Notes under the pieces: generated by a model
The model's database searches: none
Told to the model about the DNA's origin: nothing
Seen by the model: only the letters and a program-made list of their open reading frames with translations
Program-made: the position numbers and the translations under genes
In this document: piece by piece, positions 53,510 through 64,000 of the stretch
How positions within the stretch are numbered: position 1 is the stretch's first letter
How the letters are laid out: each line of letters begins with the position of its first letter
Assembly (NCBI GenBank): GCA_964035545.1
Contig: OZ037766.1
Coordinates: forward strand, 13,072,722 to 13,136,721
From: Bugula neritina
Lineage: Eukaryota > Animalia > Bryozoa
Length of the DNA stretch: 64,000 nt
Reading direction: 5' to 3'

Positions 53510-56500
53510 CTACTTCTTCTTGGCAGCAGCAGCTGCAGCGGCTGCTTTCTTTGCTTTTATAATCTCTGCAAGCTCCTGGAATATCACAATAAATTAGTTA
53601 TTAAAGAGAAAGGAAGCCACCAAGAAAAAGTCATGACATTATTAATAATAGTAGAAAGGAAGCCACCGAGAACAAGTAATGATGTCAATTATAATAGTAA
53701 TACTCACTGAAAAGTCAGTGAAATTTTTCATCCATATAAAAATACAGTTGAATATCATAAGTACTGTATACTATATGGCGATTTTGCCACACAATATCAG
53801 TTAATAGACAACATGGATAATCAGCTATTCTATAAGACAAGATATTCCAATATTAAAGCCAACACAACTTTTATGAGCAGAAAAAAACAAGATAATATAT
53901 ATTTGACGAATTACTAATTGATTTAATAGCTCTGTGGAAAAAGAAAGTATCTGGGCATATTACATTATATTAAATTATTTCCAATGCATTGTATAGCAAA
54001 TTGAGGCATCCCAATGCATTGAGAAACATATTATAGAAATTTGTATGTTTTATTTATATTCAATTTACTTTTTATGCTTGAAAAATATATTGTCCTACAA
54101 GATTACGTCTAATATTTCATGTTACCAAAGCAATTGAGTAAAAGCCAGATGGACAGGTAAGAAATGAGCAGAGTTCCAGGCAGATTTTAAAGATGATTGA
54201 AATGCACATAGAAGCATGTAGAATGGAATGTTGAAGTCATATTTATGTTAATCAATATGAAAGCCTAGTCCCCCTAAAATCTCAAAAAGCACTGAATATA
54301 AATTTTCTCAGTAAAATATAAACATTATCAACACACTACATGCAATTGATTAAACAGCGCCATGAAAGAGAAACAGAATCAACTCTCCACTTCAGTCTGA
54401 AATTGGCTTTTTTTTGTTGCATTTTGTTTTAATGTAATATTTTATTCTATTAAAATCACTAACCCACTCTTCATATGCAGCTTGCCATAAAGTTTTAACA
54501 AAAAAGTTTGCATGTAGTCAAGCAAGTACACCTCCCAGCATTATAATTGGTCTAAGTATACACTACCTTGAACCTGCTCATACAGTCCTTTTTACTGCGT
54601 GTAGGCAAACACCCAGCAATCTTATCCCATCTTTCAGCTGTGCCTGCAGGATAGGTACGCAGGGCTTGCTCAAACATTTTCTGCTCAGCTGCAGTCCAAG
54701 GGAGAGGGTTTTCACCGGTTTCCATGACCAGAGTCTCAGCAGGTGCTGGGTATACAACACAAGATTATGTCAGACATATAAACCCTATCAGACGTCTAGA
54801 AGATATTATATAATGTCTTTAACATTCCTTGAAACAGGAAAGCACTAACTGAGTTTTTATTAAAAGATTTGAATGCTGAAGCTGCCATATATTCTAAATT
54901 TATAACAGTAAAAACATTATCCATCAGGTTACCCTTTACCCCGTTTAAAACTCTTACACATATATCGCTGACTTGGGTCATCTTGCTTAGAGGCATCGGC
55001 AGCTGATCCTTTAGCCGACGTTTTCATTGCTCTGTCAAATGCACTGTCATTAGCCGCTTTACGCTGTAAAGTATCATCCTTCTGCAGATTCTTAGCCTGA
55101 GCCAATACTTCCTTAGCTGTTCTTTTACTGGAAGGCAGATGCTGGGTGATATAACTCGCTATAACTGCCCACCTAGAAACAAAGGCAACCATTGGTTAAC
55201 TAGATTTTAAGAGCATATTCATTATATTTTATTAAAAAGTTAGAAAAAATGGAGCTTGTCAAAAAAGTTAAAAAAATCAACACAGATTTTCTCACAGAAA
55301 ATATTTGCCACTAAACTAGTATGTAAATTATTATAGCCACAAATGTTACTTTATTTCATGACACAACATGCATGCGATTTGTTTACCTTATACTTGACCC
55401 ACCTGTCATTGGTGCCAGCAGGAAACAGATTGACAGCTTTAATCAGGTGCTGCAACTCCTCAGTATCCCAGCTCTTATCTTTTCCGCCAGAACTTGAAGC
55501 TGAAGCACTACTTTTACCACTGCCACCGCCTAATAGTTCTCTTTTCTCAGCTTCTATTTTAGCTTTCAGAGTCTGAACCTAACAATGCCATTACAGTTTG
55601 TAATATGCTTGTCAACAGTATATCATTCATATTTAACTTTCACCATAACTGACTGCGATAAATTAATGATGATTTACAGTGAAAACTGCTCTTCAACTCC
55701 AATGTAGAAGCTTTGCCGAATCAAATTTTTTAAGAAATCGTATAAAAGTTCATAACTATTCCAAAGACTAAATACAAGACCTCATAGTATCTTACTTCAG
55801 AGTTAAATGCTTGTTCACCTTTCTCTCTACCCTCCTTCAGCTTCCCATTCAATGCTTTTAAACTACAGCAAATGGAACTTACATTTTAAAACATATTCAA
55901 ATGTCAACAAGGCAGAGTATCGGATGTTGCACAATGCATTTTCTAGCATGAAAAAACAAAAATGAAAAGTCTAGGCATATACCTCGATTTTATTAGGCAA
56001 TATTATATATTTAAGATCTATAAACATTTTTAATAGAAACGCTGTTATCTTTGGCAAAAAGAAATAAAGGTTTACAGCTTTCAGATTTCCGAGAAGCTGT
56101 CTCGCTGAATACCTGTCAGTCAAAAAATAACACTACAACATATCAGAGCATCAGAATGTTGCAAAGTATTTCATGCGACGGTCCAATAATTACACGTAGG
56201 TGTGAAATATTTAGGCTGGATAATTACGTATACCGGATAAAGACAAAGATCAAAGGTATACATCTCATTTTCAACATTCCTCTAAATCAAATTTATGCCA
56301 ATACATATAGTTTACAGTGTTGGCTTGAATTCTTGTCGCCCACGGTTTGTTCAATTAGGCTGCCGTATAAATTTATACTGAGCCATAAGCAGTCAAACAG
56401 CTCGGATGGTATTACTCTGTTATTGATAATCGATTGTCAGAGCTATAAACAACCCACAAAACCTCTTGGGTTTAGATTTATTCAAGATTGATAATTGTCT

Positions 56501-59500
56501 ACAGGAAACTACTTTTGTCACAAAAAATCCACGCAGCACTATGAACAGCAAGATTGCCAAAATAGTAGATCTAGGCATTGAAAGCAACTAAATGTAACAG
56601 ATTCAATTAGGCATTGGTAAATATACATGTTAAATCATCACTAGTATTGCATTGAGCTAACTGCCTATACTATGCGTAAAAATCAAAAATGTACAAACTA
56701 TGTGATGTATTAAAATATAAAAACTACTATAATACGGTAGGACAACTGGTGTATTTAAATATAGCTTAAATACCTATCAATAGATAAAGCTTCTATTAAC
56801 TTCTCCACCTCATCCATATTTTGAATTTTTACAGCAGGATCAGCAGCAAAATAATCAAATTCCTGAAATAAAAATAAGTTTGTCACTCATCAAATGCATA
56901 CATAAAACAATGAAACACATGGAATAAAACACCTATATGTATAAACTATTGCCAATAGCAATGGAATAAAAATAAATTAACCCCACCATACCTTTACTTT
57001 GGTCCGGAAATATTTTCTCTCCTTTTTCTGCACATTCTTTATGGCTTCTTTTTCTTTTTTAGCAGCTGCTGCCTACAATATGACGGAAGGCTGAAATATG
57101 GAGCAAGTCGGCAGCAAATTATAACTACAGCTTTAGAGTCCTTGGGATCAGTTCTCTCAAATAAACTTCCACCACCAGACTGCCAAAGAGATCCACAACA
57201 GACTATATTCATCTCACAACGCGTAGGTAACATCTGCTCTCTAACTGGAATAATCACTTTCTATCAAGCTATTTAAAATCATTATACAACTTTAAAATAA
57301 ACTAGAACTAATGAAAATAACTCTTTTGAATGATGTCACGTTAAGATTACAAGATTCGAGTGAGAGAAGCTTGTAAAATGATGAGGAAACAACTTTTGGA
57401 ATGTGGTTTTGAGGACTTATTGCATATATATGGATGATGATTGCAAAGAATGGAGAAAAGTACATACATCAGTGGAGAGGTTAATGAAAAAGGGACGTTA
57501 GGAATGGTTTGGACTCAGGCTATTTCATCCAGAGAATGAAGGCTAACCAACAAACGTTATACTTGAAAAGTAGAGATGTGGATCCTAAATGAGAAAATGC
57601 ACATGAATTTGATAATATTTCAAAATGGGCCAACTTTTTCTTTCTCTATACGCTCTTGCTCTTCTCTCTGTTGCTTAGCAGCTAGTTCTGCTTCTTTCAT
57701 CTTTCTCTCTTCCTCCTCCTTTTTAGCTCGTGCAGCATCTTGCTTTGCTTTTTTTGCAGCTGCCTTTTTATCTTTGTCTTCCTGTTTAAAACGTTGGATG
57801 CGAGGATCACAAGCATATGCATTATCTGCAAATATAAAAATAAAAACATGTGGAAATGACAGTCCATAGTAGTTAACAATCGGCTGTCCCTAGAGTTGTG
57901 TACCCAAGCAAGTAAATTTCATAGCACATCAGTCCAATGAAATCATCAGCTTGGGTAGTGTGATGGTAAAGTTTTGGTTAGACTGAAAAGTTTGCATTGA
58001 ATTATTATCAATCAGACGTTCAGTAGTGAGAACATTTCAAGAGAATAACCTGGGTATTTTTGAAGTTGCGAATGTCAAATAAAAAAAGTTACCAGTACTA
58101 AATCCTTAATGCTGTCAAAACTTGAGCAAGACTACACCGTCATCAATAAGTGAGTTGAAATTAAGGATTGGTTGAGAGTTGATTTGAAGAGCACACAACT
58201 CCTAACATGTATTTAGCTAAACCCTAAGATATTATTGATGTTTTAATACTACCTACATAAAACTAGATAGCCCTGCTTCAATGTTATTTAAATTGCCAAA
58301 CTTTACGTAAAAACCTAGCAACTTTTATCTGATTCGCTATTTGTAAATATTAAATGGGAGAAATGATGCTTAAAGAAGCCACTTTAAACAACAGCAAATA
58401 ATTTAGCAGCATCAGTATGTGATATTGACAAATAAATAGTGTAGAATATGACTGCTACAAAAATAAGACAGCACTATTAATTATTCAAAAACATTTCATA
58501 TTTCAGCAAAAATATTTATTATATTATATGTGAAAATTGGCAGCAAAATTTTCAATTTTTGGAGATTACAATTGGAAAAATGCTTTTAGGCAACACATAT
58601 ATTTTATTGGATGAGAGCCATGTTGAAGAACAATTCATTGTCGCCAAAAACATAAGCTACTTAAGTGCAGCAGTTACTAGTAGTCTAGCTGCCATAACCC
58701 GATTGTCTGGCATGTAGAACAGACCTAAACCCTTTAAAAGGTAACTATGACTAGTCTGTCATACGAAGTTATTCTTGCAACTTCTATTTTGTCTAGGAAT
58801 TGTCATCGTGCACCTATTCTGTGTGCTTTTATATATCTAGACGAATGGCATTCCCACAGCACACAACACCATATCATTACCATCCAATATCGTCGCCAAT
58901 GACAGAGTGCATTAAACTATGCAAATAAAAAATACCCCATTAAACTAACATTCTCCTTCAACTCACCAACTAATTGCCTAAGACGAGTCATTTCTTCCTT
59001 TTTACGCTCCTTCCTCTCTTTTTTGTTATCTTGCTCAATCATACGTCTTTCAAAACGACTACAACAACCGCATTACAGACATGGGCATTATTATTGGCAG
59101 TGAAAGTGGATTTACTTCAAAATTTGACAAAAATACCAAAACTGAAAAACAAAAGCACTCAGGTTCCTCTTGCTCTCAACTTAAAAAAATACAAGACTGG
59201 AAGTCCAAAGTCAAGTATTGACTGAGAAAGCCAAAGACAACACCACTAGAGATCATTTAATTCTTATATTTACTGATTATTCAATGAGGAATTCACAATT
59301 GGTTGGTGGGAGTGACAAGACATACTCGGATCCCTTATCCTTGTCTTCCTCGTCTAAGTACGAGTACTCCCTCCAGGACTCCAGAGAGTACCAGAAAGAG
59401 TAGAAGTCATCTACCTCGTCTCTAGTAGACTCTAGTGTACCCAACTGAGGCACTCGCTTCTTCTTGGACCACCTGGTATCATAAAATGTAGACAGCTAAA

Positions 59501-62500
59501 GCTTCTAGCAATATAGAAAAGGAGAACTCTAAGTATACTCGCCTGAAAAATATTCTTTTATTTTCTTCAAAATAAAAAAATGCAAATAAAATACTATACA
59601 GGAGAATAAGCTTCATTTCATTCCACTCTACTTTATTTTCAATTTATACCAACAATTTTTAAATGAATAAACAATTAAAATTAATGAAACTTTTAAGAGC
59701 ATATTTCAAACACAAACGCACGCACACAAACATATATAGAGACACGTATTTATATATTACGGCATATAAGGTATATAAACACACACAAGCACGCAAACGC
59801 GTCTAAGTCTTGACGAGTGTGACAGTAAAATCACCTGCAAGAAGCAGTTTGTGGACACTGATACTATTCAGATAAGTGATATAAAATTCAAACTACGCAC
59901 ACACAGCCTATGTGTACGCATATGCAGATAAATTAAGTTTTACTTACTCACCTAGCATTCCTTTGGAAGACCGGGGCAAATGTGGATATAAATTTATCAC
60001 TTGAAACCTTATCATTTGGAATAGCATCATCAAATTCTGGATCTACACTATCATAAGACCGTCTACTGGCTGGGTTATTCAACGTCTCATATGCTGGAAA
60101 CATTTAAACAAAACCTATGAGATTCTGCTCAACACCGAATGCCAGAGTACAACTATGGAATTAGGAATAAGTTTGGAAAGTGGTTCACATAGAGTATGCC
60201 GACAAGAGAGTAGCTGTAATCATTTTACAACAGAATGTATAAACTTTTTCAATGCTCCATAAACTGAAAATACAATGATATGATTTCATAAATTTCTTGT
60301 AAACTAATAATTGGCGTAGAAGAAAAGAAAAGCAGCTTTGAATGATACCTTTAGTAATATTAGTAAAATAATCATCTCCCTCTTCTACAGTTTTTCCCGA
60401 TGCCTTTCTTTTATCTGGATGATGCAACAACACTTTCCGCTTATCTGGAAATAAATTATATAGTTGATTTTAGCACAGAAAAGAAATTTAAAGTATTTTC
60501 ATATTGTCTTACAAACTAAGCTGTTTACACAAATAAATGAAAGCTCATTATACGAACTGAAGTTAGTAGAAAAGGATAACAAATAGCTTCCCACAATATC
60601 TGTGAGATGTTGAACAGAAGTCATAAGAGTGAAAAATATCCCTAGAAATTTTGAGGCTACTGATGCTTTATGCATTAACAATTATTGTTAACGAAGGAAC
60701 AAAACCACAAAATCTACGATGAGCTGTTGAGAGCAGTGGGTGGACAGAGAATGCTTGCGATCCTCTATCATCCGCTGATAAGTAAGGGTTAATTATGAAG
60801 TTTTGAGATATTGAGCATACCAAAGACACTAAAAAGCTTAAAAAAGGAATGTTGGTAAAATTTATTAGGTTCCCTGGGCAATGAATAATAGAATCTACTA
60901 TATTTCATTTTGTTGAGAAGGTTGAAACAGCAGAAACATGACCAGTTTGAGAGGCATTTGAAACGGCGATTTACAAATTTTTTGCACATTTAAATTTGAT
61001 ATCTAATTAAAAATTTTAACTTACATGCATTTCTTATCTGTGAAACTGTTGCTTGGTATCGTAATTTGCTTAATCCTAGAACAACGTAATGGTCTTGATG
61101 CTGAAATATTAATGACATACAAAAATAACTTATGAATTGTACTGCAAACTAAGTTGAATATACAACTGAAAATTTGAAAACAAAACACAAGTTAGATTTT
61201 ATTCAGCTTATCAAAGGTAATTGGCTAAAATAAGACAAAATCTGGTTTATAGCAATAGTTTTCTAAAAATAAAATAAAACCAAGTGTTTTGAGACACACC
61301 CTCCACTCTTTAGGGTCAAGTGTTCTCAAGAAGGCTTCATCGTCTTCATCAAAGTCAGCGTCTGAGTTTTCAGTGTCTTCGCCGTCTGTGTCACTAGATG
61401 ATGCCGAGAGAGTCTGCTGCCGGTGTCTTCTCCGAGAATAGGTTTCATACCACAGACCTGCTCGGTCATACTTGCAACAAGTAGGAGCTACAAAATGAAT
61501 ACAGCTGACTTGCCTTTTGCGAATTTCAAAATAAAAGCAAAATGATTATTGTGATGTTAAAACTGTAAATTGTTTGCTCATACAACACACACAACGTATT
61601 CAACTGTTATGAAAAATTTTGTAACTTTTTTCAAGTCAAATATTGTTCTGTATCATTGTATGCATAAACTTCTCCAATACTCTTAACTTTAGGCACATTT
61701 TAATATTGGCGCAAATAAAATTTTATATTGCTTATGACCGCAAAACAAATTAATAATTTTGCCTGGCGATTTTATTTTGTGAAATAAATTTTATATACTG
61801 ATTATCATAAAATAAATTAGAGGTTAGGAGAGGATAACTCTAAAGTTGTATGCCATGTTTTAAATGCTGTGCCATCAATCTATAGTATAGTATGTAGATA
61901 TGCAGACATGGTAATTGTCTTTGGCATTCTCTAAAATATTCATTTCTGTCATTTAATTTGCATGCAAAGATTTAAAAATAGCCACTAAAAGTAAGACTAA
62001 AAACAACTTAGTCAATTGATTAGCTAAAATTACAGTTATGTTAGTGGTAGTTAGTACCTGTAGTGTTACTGTTAGTGTTACAGTCCACACAGTTATTGCT
62101 AGTTACAGCTTTATAATTATTATATATTTATATTATGCTTACAAGTACTATTAGTATACTATTAGTATTATTATTATAATTATATCTATAATAATAAATA
62201 TATTGATATTTATAACTATTTCAATTTCATATTTATATTGATATTGTAATACTAATAGTAATAGTAAGTGATGTTTGTCTTGATTGCTAATTAACAAACT
62301 GAAAGTTATTAAGTATTAATTAGTATCCCTATCTCTTTAACCAAGACTGTAACTTACAGTTACACTTCCTGTCTTTCGACTTACACTGTGACTGGGTGTA
62401 GCACTAACACTAAGTTAGTGACTAAGTCTAACACTAACACTAACAGTAACACTAACAGTAACTGTATGTCAAAAGTGTAACATAAACTTCAACATAAAGT

Positions 62501-62636
62501 TGAACATTGTCAGTTATGTTCATCCGTAATATTGAATATACAAAGTTGTTTCTTTACTAAAATAATTACTACCTGAGATTTTTCCTTCAACAGACGACTC
62601 TTCAAAGTCAAACAAATTTTCTATCATCAAAGTCAT
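53510..62636 (-). CDS. DNAJC2: DnaJ homolog subfamily C member 2 (MPP11/ZRF1/zuotin-like), 15 exons, 622 aa
   Basis: Exons 62636-62573, 61487-61300, 61100-61025, 60444-60349, 60093-59952, 59472-59326, 59058-58967, 57825-57635, 57072-56992, 56862-56774, 55862-55796, 55578-55403, 55172-54958, 54745-54567, 53575-53510 (1869 nt). LDPKEW.HQDHY.VLGL, HHPDK J-domain, [14 protein letters not shown]...[22 protein letters not shown], two SANT domains. Confidence 0.97.
57340..57590 (+). mobile_element. RTE-clade LINE relic (post-RT C-terminal region) in DNAJC2 intron 8
   Basis: Broken frames give TFGMWF*..I..I.WM, VERLMKR, EWFG, RLT.Q.LY, in the order of the RTE pattern FEMWC.R.I..I.W...RLRWFGH...RLPKQ.LY. 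Confidence 0.5.
57846..57960 (-). ncRNA. Candidate intronic H/ACA snoRNA in DNAJC2 intron 7
   Basis: Hairpin 1: UACCCAAGC/GCUUGGGUA lower stem, internal loop, AUUUCAU/AUGAAAU upper stem. Then ACACAA (ANANNA), a second hairpin (GACAG-CC/GG-A-CUGUC) and ACA+3 nt. Sense to the host gene. Confidence 0.45.
58690..58780 (-). mobile_element. Possible piggyBac transposase relic
   Basis: Broken translation TD*S*LPFKG..LFYMPRQSGYG resembles the piggyBac DESMVPFKGR...QYMP.KP.KYG motif; short and degenerate. Confidence 0.3.
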
Positions 62637-63049
62637 TTTGATAACCTCAATCAGCTTCAAGTGTGAGAATGAGAATCGCCTCTTTAATTCGAAGTTGTAA
62701 TCTAAGACTAATTATTTAAATTTGATGATAATTCAAAAGGTGATATTTCAAATGTTGCCAGGCTAAAATTGAATAATTAAATTTAATTACATTATACTTA
62801 GTAACAGAAACTTTGAATAAAGCAACACTCGTGCGAAATAAAGTGTGATGAAAACTTGTGGACTGCAAATAATTTGTGCCTCTGAAGAAGCAATTGGATA
62901 TTTTTGCGTGCGATGTGGTTATTTTGTACAAGCTTGATTTAAGGGTTGGCGACCATACTACATTCTATATATTATAAGGCCATCGCCGAGGGTTTGTTTG
63001 CTGCAACAGTAGTTTGACAGAAGCTTCCCATAATGATAATTATAATATT

Positions 63050-63655
63050 AATTATATTTTAATTTACAATGATACTTAAAGATGCAATCACGTTAGACCA
63101 CTAGATTAGTGTAAGTGACGTGCCTCTTTTGGTGAACGGAATTATTAAATGCAGTTAATATTTTTATAACATAAATGCAGTTCTGTTTTAAGACTTTGGT
63201 GCCCGTACTGGTGAGTACACTCACACTGTACAGGGCCTTCTCATTCTGAGGCTTGTCTGTGAGCAGCATTTGATGTTATTTCCATATCATGTATTCACTC
63301 ACGGTATTGTTCTAGGTAGGAAGCTGTTATGAAATAGTGAGGTGTTGGTCCTGAAAGTGGTGGGCATGCCATTTGACTGGGATCTGGTGGTAACTGATGT
63401 AGTTGGCTGGTCCATGAGGTGTTCATGCGATTTTGAGAGTGAAGGATGATATTCCTCTTAGGCCAGGATCTGCATCAAGAGACTAAGTCGTAGGTCTTTG
63501 CGCCTGTTTTGCAGGGGGGTTACTTCAAGCCTAGATCTTGCCTCATCTGAGCCACCCCTGCCTATAATACCTGCCACAAATCTCACAGCCTGCTCTTGCA
63601 CTTGCTCGATATCTACTACAGCCTTCTTGGAGCTAGGGTTCCAAGATGATAATGA
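63050..63655 (-). mobile_element. 5'-truncated CR1-group LINE (ORF2 C-terminus + 3' UTR)
   Basis: SSWNP...DIEQVQEQAVRFV...LQNRRKDLRLSLLMQIL...HNSFLPRTI, homologous to the ORF2 C-terminus at 14.7-15.0 kb but diverged. Confidence 0.85.
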
Positions 63656-63764
63656 TGACAAAATCAAGCACTCTTAAAACTAGCCAACAGCTGAAGCCGT
63701 CGAAGTACTTTTTATAACCAACTGACCCTGCATAAATGCAATAACTACCAGAGTTTAATTACAT

Positions 63765-64000
63765 TACAAGTAATAGTAATACTTAGACCAAGTCTACTAC
63801 TAATAATACTACTAGTAATACTAATACTAATAGTAATATTAGTACTAATAGTAATAATACTAATAGTAATACTAATAATAGTAATAGTAAAAGTAAAACT
63901 AATAGTAATAGTAAATGTAATACTAATAGTAAATGTAATAGTAGAACATGATGATAAAAATTATCGTTATGATTATGATTATCAATAAATATAATGAATA
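63765..64000. repeat. TAATAG/TAATAC hexamer low-complexity tract
   Basis: Read directly; same class as the first-intron islands. Confidence 0.8.

Noticed and set aside
57085-57245. Structured RNA candidate in DNAJC2 intron 8 (GAGCA/UGCUC and GGAUC/GAUCC stems)
   Set aside because: No canonical C/D or H/ACA boxes found
60712-60785. C/D-like boxes and a hairpin in DNAJC2 intron 3
   Set aside because: Boxes are antisense to the host gene and no rRNA guide was recognised

Overview
AT-rich, intron-containing genomic DNA from an invertebrate animal (a spiralian is my inference, not demonstrated). I assembled ten gene models by hand from GT-AG sites, exon phase and translation. Five are conserved housekeeping genes: the 5' part of SNX14 (-), PMM (+), CARHSP1/CSDC2 (-), PXMP2 (+) and DNAJC2 (-). 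Five genes I cannot name lie on the minus strand between 23 and 52 kb: two paralogs made of RL-x3-T-x-AS repeats, a 528-aa disordered protein with a tandem TQT array (LC8/DYNLL-type motif), and two secreted paralogs sharing a 6-Cys module. Mobile DNA: one nearly full-length but dead CR1-group LINE with a PHD-finger ORF1, two more CR1 relics, an RTE relic, two hAT elements, a Harbinger MITE, a solo LTR and a tRNA-derived SINE. Main leads: (1) hexamer-periodic AGT/ACT-rich 'islands' in the first intron of all five housekeeping genes but not the unnamed genes; (2) the putative multivalent LC8 client; (3) tail-to-tail PMM-CARHSP1 linkage, as in human PMM2-CARHSP1 and PMM1-CSDC2; (4) the 6-Cys secreted family; (5) a candidate H/ACA snoRNA in a DNAJC2 intron. 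No searches were run; homology calls come from remembered family motifs.
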